IMG/VR virus record: IMGVR_UViG_3300028042_000002
Span: 66,050 to 130,049 of that record
From: a virus
Taxonomy: Duplodnaviria > Heunggongvirae > Uroviricota > Caudoviricetes
Length of the DNA stretch: 64,000 bases
Reading direction: 5' to 3' (one strand)
Shown: positions 9,625 through 18,531 of the stretch, piece by piece
Layout: each line of letters starts with the position of its first letter
Numbering within the stretch: position 1 is the stretch's first letter
Position numbers and translations under genes: made by a program
The notes under the pieces: model-generated
Told to the model about the DNA's origin: nothing
The model's database searches: none
Seen by the model: only the letters and a program-made list of their open reading frames with translations

Positions 9625-9918
9625 TTAGATTAAATCTTCGGCAATACTTTCAGCACTATTGTAAACAATTTCATCATCTTCATTGTAATAATAAAAACTA
9701 TCACAACATTGTTCAGTATCATCAATCCAAATTTCATCATCTAAAATATCATCTTTTGGGTCATCAGTTGGACAATATGTATTAGTGCATAAAAATTCAT
9801 ATGTTACTTCACCGTAACCATTAACACCAATTCTTGCTGATGTTGAATTGTTATCCATTAAATCTAAATAAATTTGAGCAACTTGTAATGCAATTTCAGA
9901 GTTTGTTAATGTAGTCAT
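9625..9918 (-). CDS. small acidic Cys-containing early protein, MTTLTN family
   Basis: N-terminus is MTTLTN. Conserved promoter cassette. Confidence 0.5.
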   Translation of the reverse strand: MTTLTNSEIALQVAQIYLDLMDNNSTSARIGVNGYGEVTYEFLCTNTYCPTDDPKDDILDDEIWIDDTEQCCDSFYYYNEDDEIVYNSAESIAEDLI

Positions 9919-9968
9919 AATATTTAATCCTGTTAGTTAGTTAGGCTTTATTGCTTAACTTGGATACT

Positions 9969-9996
9969 ATTATACTCATTTTTTAATACATGTCAA
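9969..9996 (-). promoter_or_regulatory. early sigma70 consensus promoter (TTGACA-16-TATAAT)
   Basis: Minus strand reads TTGACAtgtattaaaaaatgagTATAAT. Identical to the one at 13316-13343. Confidence 0.6.
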
Positions 9997-10070
9997 CTAA
10001 ATTATGAAATTAATTAAAGTTATTTTAATTATCTAATAATATCAACAACTTACAAACAGTCATATAATAA

Positions 10071-10078
10071 TATAAATA
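10071..10078 (+). promoter_or_regulatory. T4-late-type promoter TATAAATA
   Basis: Conserved cassette upstream of 10119. Confidence 0.45.
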
Positions 10079-10118
10079 TTAACAACCATCTCCACACCGT
10101 ATAATAATATAATCAAAT

Positions 10119-10769
10119 ATGGCTACTAATTTTTATTTAAATCATTATGAAAGCAAACCTGAACAAAATTTAATAGAAAGTTTAACTATTGAAGCTATCA
10201 AATATTGGGGAATGGATGTATTTTACCTACCTCGCACCAGTTTAGAACGTGATAATATTTTGGGTGAAGACATTAAAACAGTATTTAAAAATTCTCATAT
10301 GATTGAAGTATATTTTGAAAATGTTGATGGTTTCGAGGGTCAAGGCAACTTTTTATCAACTTTTGGAATGCAAATTAAAGATAATGCAACATTAATTATA
10401 AGTAAATCAAGATTTCAACAAGTTGTATATGGTAAAGTAAGACCAATGGAAGGGGATTTAATTTATTTACCATTATCCAATTCAATATTTGAAATTAATT
10501 TTGTCGAGCATGAGAACCCATTTTATCAAGTTGGTAAATTATTCACATATAAATTAACGTGTGAATTATATACACATAGTCATGAAGATTTTGAAACTGG
10601 TAATGTTAATATAGATGGGATAATGGCGGACTTTGATGATGTTAAAATGGTGAATAGTGCAGATAATATTGATATTCAGAATGAAAGTGATGTAATAGTT
10701 AAGGATATTGAAAATCCTAAAGATGAATTTGAGAATATTGCGGATAATGACCCATTTAATGGATTTTAG
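10119..10769 (+). CDS. hypothetical late protein (possibly virion-associated)
   Basis: 216-aa ORF after a late promoter. Confidence 0.5.
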   Translation: MATNFYLNHYESKPEQNLIESLTIEAIKYWGMDVFYLPRTSLERDNILGEDIKTVFKNSHMIEVYFENVDGFEGQGNFLSTFGMQIKDNATLIISKSRFQQVVYGKVRPMEGDLIYLPLSNSIFEINFVEHENPFYQVGKLFTYKLTCELYTHSHEDFETGNVNIDGIMADFDDVKMVNSADNIDIQNESDVIVKDIENPKDEFENIADNDPFNGF

Positions 10770-10774
10770 GCAAA

Positions 10775-10800
10775 ATAAAACCACCTGTTAAAGTGGTTTC
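10775..10800. terminator. bidirectional hairpin terminator (AAACCAC-loop-GTGGTTT)
   Basis: Stem aaaccac/gtggttt with a T-run on the minus strand. Member of a recurring hairpin family. Confidence 0.5.
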
Positions 10801-10828
10801 ATGATGTTTCACTTGGAATAATTAATAA

Positions 10829-11419
10829 TTATAAATTCATTAAACTTTTTAAATCATCATTTGCAACGGCTAATTTCATTGCTTCAAGTTTATCATTTTG
10901 TAATTTTACAATTTCTTCTTGTTGATTAATGATTTTATTTACAAGTTGTTGTTCCATATCAGATAATTCAACTTTAGTTGTTACTTCTTCGTCATTATTA
11001 AACATTTTATCAAATTCAATCATGAATTCATTAATAATTGAATATAGTGCATCATCCAAAGTATTCCATTTTTCTTCACAATCCATTGTTGGTTTCTGAT
11101 AATTATCATTAGTAATTTCTTCATTATCATTTTCCCAATCTTCAAAAAATTGTTTATTATCTAATTCAATATTAAACCTTTTCATAATTTTTAACAAGTT
11201 AATGCCACTTTCACTATTTGATAATTCACTCATTTCAAAAAGATTAATCATTTCATTATGTAAAGTTAATTCTTCAACATTAGCACCAAAACACCCATTT
11301 CCATTGGTATCACAACCATTTGAGTAATATTGATAATGTCCACCCTTATTTACTTGATTTACATAATTTGATAATAAAGTTTCTAAACGAGTTGTTTCAG
11401 TTGTAGTTAATGTAGTCAT
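10829..11419 (-). CDS. acidic early protein, MTTLTT family
   Basis: N-terminus is MTTLTTTE. Conserved cassette upstream. Confidence 0.5.
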   Translation of the reverse strand: MTTLTTTETTRLETLLSNYVNQVNKGGHYQYYSNGCDTNGNGCFGANVEELTLHNEMINLFEMSELSNSESGINLLKIMKRFNIELDNKQFFEDWENDNEEITNDNYQKPTMDCEEKWNTLDDALYSIINEFMIEFDKMFNNDEEVTTKVELSDMEQQLVNKIINQQEEIVKLQNDKLEAMKLAVANDDLKSLMNL

Positions 11420-11471
11420 AATATTTATTCCTGTTAGTTAATTAGTTGTTTAAGTTGCTTCGATATAAAAG

Positions 11472-11499
11472 AGTATACTCCCATTTTCACTATTGTCTA
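11472..11499 (-). promoter_or_regulatory. early promoter (TAGACA-16-TATACT)
   Basis: Conserved cassette. Confidence 0.5.
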
Positions 11500-11621
11500 G
11501 TTATTTATTCAATTATTTTAAAATAAATTAATTATCTAATAATATCAACAAGTTACCAACTTAGTCATATAATAATATAAATATTAATAACCATCAAATC
11601 ACTTTATAATAATATAAAACT

Positions 11622-11909
11622 ATGTCAAAACCTGCTCATCGCACCACCGATTTATGCACTGGTCATTCATGTTACCCGCCACGCCGAAGTAAAACAGGTT
11701 CACCAGATGTCATAATAAATGATAAATTGGCTCATAGATTAGGTGATAGTTGGAATACTCATTCATGTGGGAGGTATGGTCATAAAGGTGAAACTGTAAC
11801 CGCATCTATGTATGTTATTATAAATGATAAAGGGTGCGCACGAATTGGGGATGATGTGAGTTGTGGTAGTGTGATAATGACAGGTTCAAATGATGTTATA
11901 GTTGATTAA
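11622..11909 (+). CDS. gp5.4: PAAR-repeat tail-spike tip protein (T4 gp5.4-like)
   Basis: 95 aa. PAAR-like motifs: 'AHRLGDSW', 'ARIGDDVSCGSVIMTGSNDVIV'. Cys/His-rich. Late promoter upstream. Confidence 0.7.
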   Translation: MSKPAHRTTDLCTGHSCYPPRRSKTGSPDVIINDKLAHRLGDSWNTHSCGRYGHKGETVTASMYVIINDKGCARIGDDVSCGSVIMTGSNDVIVD

Positions 11910-11911
11910 TA

Positions 11912-11940
11912 AAAACCATCATAAAAGGTGGTTTTTTTAT
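11912..11940 (+). terminator. rho-independent terminator
   Basis: aaaacca-N10-tggtttt followed by a T-run. Confidence 0.55.
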
Positions 11941-11957
11941 TGAAAAATAATTATTAA

Positions 11958-12650
11958 TTATCTAGCTAACATTACATATCTAGCATAATCATAACCTTGT
12001 GTATCAATATAAATAGTTTCTCTGTCTGTTGATACTAATGCAAATCCTGTCCAATAATCAATATTATCAGTTTCTTCATTATAACCATCATCAATATATG
12101 AAACATTAAACTTTTTACGACTTTTAAGTAAATTATTTACAATTTTATCATATTTTTTAGTTTTAACATTGATAATTTTAATCACTTTAAATTTAGTTTC
12201 AATGAATTTCTGCTCACATTCAAACCGAACCTCACCAATTGTACAATTTTTATTTAACCATGGATTTTTAACATTAACAATTTGATTAAGTTGTGGTAAA
12301 TATGATACACATTCACAATTTTGTAATGCTTCTGTACGGTTAATTCTATATAAATCTTTAGCTTTTTGTTCATCATCTTCCCGCTTCCAAATTTTAAATA
12401 AAAATTCATATTCAGTATCTAAAATATTTTGAAGATTAACTTTAACATCAGCTAAAGTTTTAAATGTCTCTAAATATCCCATACCATTCATTAAATATTC
12501 TTTAGTATCAGGTTTTAAATTAAAAAATATACACCAACCTCCAAATTGTTTTTGGATATAAACATCGGCGAAATATTTTGTGTCTTGAGTTTCATATTTA
12601 CAACTGCTTTCATCATATTTAGCTTTAATTCTAGTATAAGTACGTTTCAT
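11958..12650 (-). CDS. hypothetical protein
   Basis: 230-aa ORF with an early promoter cassette upstream. Confidence 0.5.
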   Translation of the reverse strand: MKRTYTRIKAKYDESSCKYETQDTKYFADVYIQKQFGGWCIFFNLKPDTKEYLMNGMGYLETFKTLADVKVNLQNILDTEYEFLFKIWKREDDEQKAKDLYRINRTEALQNCECVSYLPQLNQIVNVKNPWLNKNCTIGEVRFECEQKFIETKFKVIKIINVKTKKYDKIVNNLLKSRKKFNVSYIDDGYNEETDNIDYWTGFALVSTDRETIYIDTQGYDYARYVMLAR

Positions 12651-12801
12651 AATTTTTAATCCTGTTAGGTTGCGGTTAAAAAGTTAACTAATTTGCTTAA
12701 CTTGGATACTATTATACTCATATTTTAACTATTATCTAGTTATTTATTCAATTATTTTAAAATGAATTTAATTATTCAACAATATCAACAACTTACCCTC
12801 A

Positions 12802-13197
12802 TTATCTCAACCTTTGCAAATATAAATTAGTTGTAATATTATCAATTTGATTAAATATTTTATATACTATCTCAATATTATAACCATCGACACCGTCCGC
12901 AAATACATCAATTTTTATTAAATTTATTCTATTTATATACTTATTAATAAGAAAATCCAAACTAGATTTAATAGACAATGCTGTTATGGTGGTTGCAGGC
13001 TCAAATAATAATGATTTCAATGATTTACTATAATCAATATTAAATTTAAAATCACGATAATCAGACATAATTATATGTTTTAATTGTCTATTTATAGATG
13101 TTTCATTGGTTAAAATATTGATATCATTGTTAAGCGGGTGTACATTGAAATTTAAATCCACGTCTGTATATATAATAGAGTTGATATTATTGGGCAT
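12802..13197 (-). CDS. gp25: baseplate wedge protein, gp25/GPW-like
   Basis: The pattern 'YTDVDLNF..HPL..DI..L.N..SI..SLK.LL..' and 'LLFEP...INRINLIKIDV' resembles the T4 gp25 family. Late promoter on the minus strand upstream. Confidence 0.5.
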   Translation of the reverse strand: MPNNINSIIYTDVDLNFNVHPLNNDINILTNETSINRQLKHIIMSDYRDFKFNIDYSKSLKSLLFEPATTITALSIKSSLDFLINKYINRINLIKIDVFADGVDGYNIEIVYKIFNQIDNITTNLYLQRLR

Positions 13198-13233
13198 ATT
13201 GCGATAAGAAATAAGGTGATTAGAGGTTATTAA

Positions 13234-13241
13234 TATTTATA
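13234..13241 (-). promoter_or_regulatory. T4-late-type promoter TATAAATA (minus strand)
   Basis: The reverse complement tatttata is followed by 'ttaataacc', as in the other cassettes. Confidence 0.45.
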
Positions 13242-13315
13242 TTATTATAAATTTGATTGTAAGTTGTTGATATTATTAGATATTTAAATTCATTTAAAAT
13301 AATTGAATAATTTAG

Positions 13316-13343
13316 TTGACATGTATTAAAAAATGAGTATAAT
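13316..13343 (+). promoter_or_regulatory. early sigma70 consensus promoter
   Basis: TTGACAtgtattaaaaaatgagTATAAT, followed by the conserved leader 'agtatccaagttaagca' and an AGGAAT SD. Confidence 0.6.
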
Positions 13344-13394
13344 AGTATCCAAGTTAAGCAGTAACCAATTAATCAACTAACAGGAATAATTATT

Positions 13395-13535
13395 ATGAAC
13401 ATGAATAACTTTGTTAAAATGGCGTTAGAAACTGCAATTGAAATTACAGGTAAAGATGGTAAAGATGAAGAAACACAAAAAATTGCATTTGAATTAGCAT
13501 GTGTAATGATGGCTGATGAATTAGCAAATAATTAA
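13395..13535 (+). CDS. small ORF (about 46 aa) upstream of parB-like gene; not in ORF track
   Basis: ATG 8 nt after the AGGAAT SD. Encodes 'MNMNNFVKMALETAIEITGKDGKDEETQKIAFELACVMMADELANN'. Confidence 0.35.
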   Translation: MNMNNFVKMALETAIEITGKDGKDEETQKIAFELACVMMADELANN

Positions 13536-13622
13536 ATAACTATTGACAGTACCTTAAAAATCATTATAATAAGGTACTTGAAACATTAAGTAACAATTAA
13601 CTAACTAACAGGAATTAATAAA

Positions 13623-14516
13623 ATGGCTACACAAATCAAAGGTTTAATCGGTGGTACTCGTGCAACTAACTTTTTCAAAATTGACCCAGAATTAATTATT
13701 ATTCAAGAAGGGTTTAATCCTCGCGATAGTTCTAACATTGACCCACTTGAATTATATGAAAGTATTAAAGAAAATGGTGTAGTATCTCCACTTATCATCA
13801 AATTAGATAAAGACGGTAATGTACTTTTAGTTGACGGTGAACGTAGATTAACTACGGTTTTAAAATTGATTGAAGATGGTGTAGACATTCAATCTGTGCC
13901 ATGTTTAAAAATTAACAAATCTCAAGATAACGAAGTTGATTTGTTAATGATGGCAATGATTGCAAACGATAGCAAACAATTAACACCATTAGAATTTAGT
14001 GAGACCTTCGCTAGATTGTTAAAATATGGGTTAAAACCTGCTGAAATTGCTAAAAAAGTAGGTAAAAGTCGGGGATGGGTTGATAATATGATTATCTTAA
14101 ATAACCTTAATCCATCTTTGAAACAAGAATTAAGAAATGGTGTAATTACGTTAAATATTGCGTTGGATATTGTACGTGAAAATCAAGGTGATTATGAAGC
14201 CCAAAATGAAGATTTTAAAATCATTACTGAAAATGCTGAAATTATTACTGAAACTGTAATAAATGAAGATAATGAACCAGTTGAAAAAGTTGTTAAAACT
14301 AAATTATATTCAAAAGGGTCAATGAAGCCTGTTAAATTGGGTGTTGCTAAAGAAATTCTTAAGGCAGTTGCATTCAATGATGAAGAATTAGAAGATTTAG
14401 CCAATCTTAAACAACTTATTGATAAATATACAACCGATGATAAAAGTATTTCGAATGTTGAAATGAAAGCATTTGCACTTGGAATGATGGCGGCTAAAGG
14501 TAAATATATGGTTTAA
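13623..14516 (+). CDS. parB: ParB-like nuclease/partition domain protein
   Basis: N-terminal ParB box 'VDGERRLTTV', then an HTH 'KPAEIAKKVGKSRGWVDNMIIL'. 297 aa. Confidence 0.7.
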   Translation: MATQIKGLIGGTRATNFFKIDPELIIIQEGFNPRDSSNIDPLELYESIKENGVVSPLIIKLDKDGNVLLVDGERRLTTVLKLIEDGVDIQSVPCLKINKSQDNEVDLLMMAMIANDSKQLTPLEFSETFARLLKYGLKPAEIAKKVGKSRGWVDNMIILNNLNPSLKQELRNGVITLNIALDIVRENQGDYEAQNEDFKIITENAEIITETVINEDNEPVEKVVKTKLYSKGSMKPVKLGVAKEILKAVAFNDEELEDLANLKQLIDKYTTDDKSISNVEMKAFALGMMAAKGKYMV

Positions 14517-14535
14517 AAAAAGATTGAAAGAATTG

Positions 14536-14561
14536 TACACTTTGATAATAATGTTAAAGTG
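14536..14561 (+). repeat. stem-loop ACACTTT-N12-AAAGTGT in a repeated regulatory cassette (second copy at 14936-14960)
   Basis: Perfect 7-bp inverted repeat. Both copies are followed by 'ttaaaaatataggaataaattATGaaa'. Confidence 0.5.
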
Positions 14562-14600
14562 TAATTATGATGTGTTAATTTAAAAATATAGGAATAAATT

Positions 14601-14918
14601 ATGAAACCTCAATACGTTAATATCATATTAACATTTGCAATTTTACCATTTTTATTAATTATGGCAAAAGTATATAATATAATTGAAGCTGAACGATTGG
14701 CTATTGCATTATTAATAGCATTCTCAATATCATTTATTGTTTTGGTATACAGTAAACATTTTAAAAATTATGAATATCAATCTAATAATTATAAATTAAT
14801 TTATTTTGGGTTAATATGTATTATTTTGTTAATGTGGGGATGGTATTTTACGTTTACATTATTAACATTTTCAATACTTTCGGCGTATGGCGATAAATTA
14901 AATAAATCAATCAAATAA
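14601..14918 (+). CDS. small membrane protein (paralog of 15568-15882)
   Basis: 3 predicted TM helices. Shared motif 'YNIIEAERLA'. Confidence 0.5.
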   Translation: MKPQYVNIILTFAILPFLLIMAKVYNIIEAERLAIALLIAFSISFIVLVYSKHFKNYEYQSNNYKLIYFGLICIILLMWGWYFTFTLLTFSILSAYGDKLNKSIK

Positions 14919-14990
14919 TATTAAACTATATAAACACTTTGATAATAATATTGAAGTGTTCCATCAAATTTAAAAATATAGGAATAAATT

Positions 14991-15206
14991 ATGAAAGTCC
15001 CACAAGGTAACATTAAAGTATTATGTACTAATCAAAAAGGTAAATTTATTATTGCCAAAAATACAAACAGTAAAGAATTTAGAATAGTTTGCCCTAGTGA
15101 AACTACTGCTTGGAAATTGCTACAAGAATATGTTTATATTAACTTACAATCTCAAACGTTATTATTCCGTGGTAATGTTTATCAAGTTAAAATTAAAATG
15201 GTGTAA
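14991..15206 (+). CDS. hypothetical small protein
   Basis: ORF after the second stem-loop cassette. Confidence 0.4.
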   Translation: MKVPQGNIKVLCTNQKGKFIIAKNTNSKEFRIVCPSETTAWKLLQEYVYINLQSQTLLFRGNVYQVKIKMV

Positions 15207-15211
15207 TAAAA

Positions 15212-15592
15212 ATGAATATATTTGAGCAGTTTTATATTGATACCAATAAACCAGTTTACCATCATGAAAATAAAAAATATTATGATGTTAATAATACACT
15301 TTATGAATTTGATGATATTGAATGCACGTTAACAGAAATTTTAATGGTTCAACAAATTCATAATATTGACGTATTGGAATTTATTATTGAAAATGAATAT
15401 ATTATTAGTGGTATTTATTATGGGGAATATGGTGTACTTATTCATAATCCTGATGCACATGAAATTTTATTATATATTAGAAATTATCGTAATAAAGTTG
15501 AAGCGACTGTCAAATCATATAAAGAATTAAATTATGAAATTAATCCACTTAAAAAATATCAAAACTTTTGGAACTTGCGGAGAATTACCTAA
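15212..15592 (+). CDS. hypothetical protein
   Basis: 126-aa ORF. Confidence 0.45.
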   Translation: MNIFEQFYIDTNKPVYHHENKKYYDVNNTLYEFDDIECTLTEILMVQQIHNIDVLEFIIENEYIISGIYYGEYGVLIHNPDAHEILLYIRNYRNKVEATVKSYKELNYEINPLKKYQNFWNLRRIT

Positions 15593-15882
15593 CAATGAAA
15601 ATATTATTTAAACAATCATTAATTTACACCACAATAACCATTTTACTATTTAGTTCACATTTTTATAATATTATAGAAGTTGAACGGTTGGCAATGGTTA
15701 TAATTTGGATATATTCGTTGACTTTTATGGATGATGATATAGACGATATCCCATATTTCACATTAGTATATTTTTATTTATTATTAATCCCATTGGCAAT
15801 GTTTGGGTGGTGGTTTACATTAACATTATTATTAATTTCATTGGCAATCAATTCAGATATTGAGGCGTTTACAAATGATTAA
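15568..15882 (+). CDS. small membrane protein (paralog of 14601-14918); true start probably downstream of 15592
   Basis: 'YNIIEVERLAM' and a Trp-rich TM segment shared with the paralog. Confidence 0.45.
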   Translation: MELAENYLTMKILFKQSLIYTTITILLFSSHFYNIIEVERLAMVIIWIYSLTFMDDDIDDIPYFTLVYFYLLLIPLAMFGWWFTLTLLLISLAINSDIEAFTND

Positions 15883-16084
15883 ACTAACCCACAATCAAAA
15901 TTATTTATTATACATTGGAAGAATACCTAATCATTGCAATTATGATGCCATCCGTGAATTATTTAAAGACCAACACGATGGTACAAGATTTACGGTTGAG
16001 TACTGTAAGCAAAATAAAATTAAGATTTTAGACTGTCGCATTCCTATTAAATGTAAACCAATTAAAGAAGGTAATAAAATATGA
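15860..16084 (+). CDS. hypothetical small protein
   Basis: ORF. Confidence 0.35.
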   Translation: MRRLQMIKLTHNQNYLLYIGRIPNHCNYDAIRELFKDQHDGTRFTVEYCKQNKIKILDCRIPIKCKPIKEGNKI

Positions 16085-16235
16085 AACCAACAGAACAATC
16101 ATTATTAGTAACAGTAAATATAATGTTAAAATGTGGTACAATTGCCACTTTTGGAACGTTTAAAAGTTTAACTTATGATAAGCAACAATATAAAGATTTT
16201 ATCAAAAAGTATCCAATTAGCTGGTTATCATTTAA

Positions 16236-16478
16236 ATGAGCAGTCAATCAAAATTAGAAAGCCTTGTCGAAATTTCAATTAATATTTTCAGTGGGTTTAT
16301 ATTATCATTATTGATATGGATATATATTATCACACCGTATTATGATATTAATGTTACCATGCATGAAAATTTATCAATTACTGGTATATTCACCATAGCG
16401 GCAGTCATTCGTGGCTACTTTTGGCGAAGGTTTTTTAACAATAAACTACATAAAATTATTATTAAATGGTTAAAATAA
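16236..16478 (+). CDS. small membrane protein
   Basis: 2 TM helices. Confidence 0.4.
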   Translation: MSSQSKLESLVEISINIFSGFILSLLIWIYIITPYYDINVTMHENLSITGIFTIAAVIRGYFWRRFFNNKLHKIIIKWLK

Positions 16479-16479
16479 T

Positions 16480-16773
16480 ATGAATATAATTGATATAGAA
16501 CGTGCTATTGATAATGCTAAATATGAAATTATCCAAACGTGGCAACTTAAAATTACTATAACTAAAGATTTAGATTTTATTTTTAAAGTGGCGCAAGGTA
16601 ATGAAAATAGATATCATTTTAACGAGATTATAAAAAGTATATTAAATGATAAAAAAGTAATAAACTGTGATGATACATTACATGGCACATTATATCCAAC
16701 AAGTTCAATGGTATCATTATTTACTCGAAAGGGTGGAATTAAATATTATGTTACAACGGTTAAAATAATATGA
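16480..16773 (+). CDS. hypothetical protein
   Basis: ORF, translationally coupled. Confidence 0.4.
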   Translation: MNIIDIERAIDNAKYEIIQTWQLKITITKDLDFIFKVAQGNENRYHFNEIIKSILNDKKVINCDDTLHGTLYPTSSMVSLFTRKGGIKYYVTTVKII

Positions 16774-16961
16774 AATTATCAGAATTTAATAAAAGTAATG
16801 AAGATGCAAATCATCCATGTTATTTATGTAGAAATAGAATTATACATGATAATAAATATTGTAATTTTCATCCTAAATACGAACCTCATTGTATAATGTT
16901 GGTGTCACCATTTGAATTTTTAAATATGAATAAACTTTGTGATGCTATATCCTCTTCTTAA
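16770..16961 (+). CDS. small Cys/His-rich protein
   Basis: 'CYLC...CNFH' zinc-ribbon-like. Confidence 0.35.
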   Translation: MKLSEFNKSNEDANHPCYLCRNRIIHDNKYCNFHPKYEPHCIMLVSPFEFLNMNKLCDAISSS

Positions 16962-17400
16962 TACCTAATTCATATTCAGTCATTATCTTAAAATTTATGC
17001 CATGTTTAGTACAATATTCATTGGCATATTTCCATTTATCAGTATTCTTACGATAAGTCAATAATTCTTTTAATAATATTACTTTACGTTTACCTTTTTT
17101 TGGAACTGGTTCAATAGTTTCATGATATGGCTTAACTTCGATTAAATCTACTACAATTTCATCACTTTTATTACGATATTTTACTATAAAATCAGGGAAA
17201 TAACGTCTAACCTTTTTATCAACAGATGAATAATATCTTATTACTATGGTTTCACTACCCCACTCTAGGATATTTGGGTCTATGTCAAATCGTACCATCA
17301 ATTTCAATTCCCATGATGATCTATAGATTATATTTTTAACATTGCCTTTATATTTATCAGGATTTGAAGGTGTAAATCGACCTTTTTTAGCTTTATTCAT
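16945..17400 (-). CDS. PD-(D/E)xK-type nuclease-like protein (possible free-standing homing endonuclease)
   Basis: 'YFPDFIV...DLIEVKP' is a D...E.K motif. Lone minus-strand gene after plus-strand genes. Confidence 0.4.
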   Translation of the reverse strand: MNKAKKGRFTPSNPDKYKGNVKNIIYRSSWELKLMVRFDIDPNILEWGSETIVIRYYSSVDKKVRRYFPDFIVKYRNKSDEIVVDLIEVKPYHETIEPVPKKGKRKVILLKELLTYRKNTDKWKYANEYCTKHGINFKIMTEYELGIKKRI

Positions 17401-17628
17401 AATAATATTTATAATTATTTAATGGTTTAAATTTAATAATGATTTTAAAGTGGATAAGTTATTGAATACTATTTATTACTATGAAAAGATAAAACCTGCG
17501 TGTGATAATTCAAAGGCATTACTATATATTAATATAAATTTAGTACTGGATTAATATTGGGAATGGTTTTAAATTGGTTAATGTGTTAATAATATTTATT
17601 AAAATTATAATGTAATCCAGTTGAACAA

Positions 17629-17952
17629 TATTTATTACTATGGACGCTTCGCTTAGGTGTGCAAAATTCAAGGCATTATGATAAATTATTAGTTGATTAA
17701 TATTAAGCCATTTAAGCCAGTTGAATTATAATATCTACTACTTACTATTACTTTATGATTATGATTAAATTTAGCAATGGTTTTATAGTTGTTTGATATG
17801 GTAAAAGTTAGGTCATTATATTACATTGTAAGAATTGTATAATATTTATCAAAATTAATTAATATTAATAGAAGTAAGTCAAGTGGAAAATGTAATCAAT
17901 ATTATTCTTTCGAATTATCACACCAAAGCGAAGCGTCTAAAGTAATAAATTA
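17629..17952. repeat. about 320-bp noncoding element bounded by 45-bp inverted repeats (ATTTATTACT.TGGACGCTTCGCTTAGGTGTG.AAATTC); related direct copies at 17471-17521 and 4400-4445
   Basis: 17642-17661 'ggacgcttcgcttaggtgtg' pairs with 17921-17940 'cacaccaaagcgaagcgtc'. No ORF inside. Confidence 0.5.
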
Positions 17953-17969
17953 GTAATATGACCATTAAA

Positions 17970-18218
17970 GGGTCATTAATATTAAAATGGGTCATTGTCT
18001 CTAGCTGTTGATGTTATTAGTGTTTACTATACATAATGACCTAATGACCATATAAATTAATAAATATAATAATAATATAGTAGTAGTAAAACATATAACG
18101 TAAGTTGAATGGATATTATAGTCATTGGGTCATAATAACATATAAGTAGTTGATTTATATCATGTTTATATGATGACCCATTATTAATTTACTAACTATA
18201 TTAAATTGAAAGGGTCAC
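17970..18218. promoter_or_regulatory. cluster of at least 7 GGGTCA(T)/TGACC(C) repeats upstream of HTH gene (candidate operator/iteron array)
   Basis: Motif copies at 17970, 17989, 18035 (rc), 18044 (rc), 18127, 18175 (rc), 18212. Confidence 0.4.
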
Positions 18219-18315
18219 TAAATAATTTATATTGAAGATATTTATAATTTATTAAAGGTAATAATCATATTTATTATAAATACTGTTATAATAGAGTTTC
18301 ATAATAAAACGATAG

Positions 18316-18528
18316 GTGATAAAAATGGCTTTAGATGTTAATAAATTAGTAAAAAATATAAAAGGTGCAGGAGCTTATAAAGATGTTGATATGGTGGAGA
18401 TTATGGAGTTAAAGAAACAAGGTTACACATATTCAAGTATGGCAGAGCAATTAGGTATCACAAAAGTTACACTTTCTAGGAAAGTTGCAGAATATAAAAA
18501 AGAATTATTAAAACGTAAAGGAAATTAA
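18316..18528 (+). CDS. small HTH DNA-binding protein (module copy B)
   Basis: 'QGYTYSSMAEQLGITKVTLSRKVAEYKKE' is paralogous to the 5085 and 63163 proteins. Confidence 0.6.
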   Translation: MIKMALDVNKLVKNIKGAGAYKDVDMVEIMELKKQGYTYSSMAEQLGITKVTLSRKVAEYKKELLKRKGN

Positions 18529-18531
18529 AAC

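Noticed and set aside
7073-11419. MTTLTN N-terminus as a T4-type gp21 cleavage (L/I-x-E) capsid-targeting sequence
   Set aside because: An LxE cleavage motif is not consistently present after the shared residues. The shared residues could alternatively be part of the recombining cassette. Kept only as a hypothesis.
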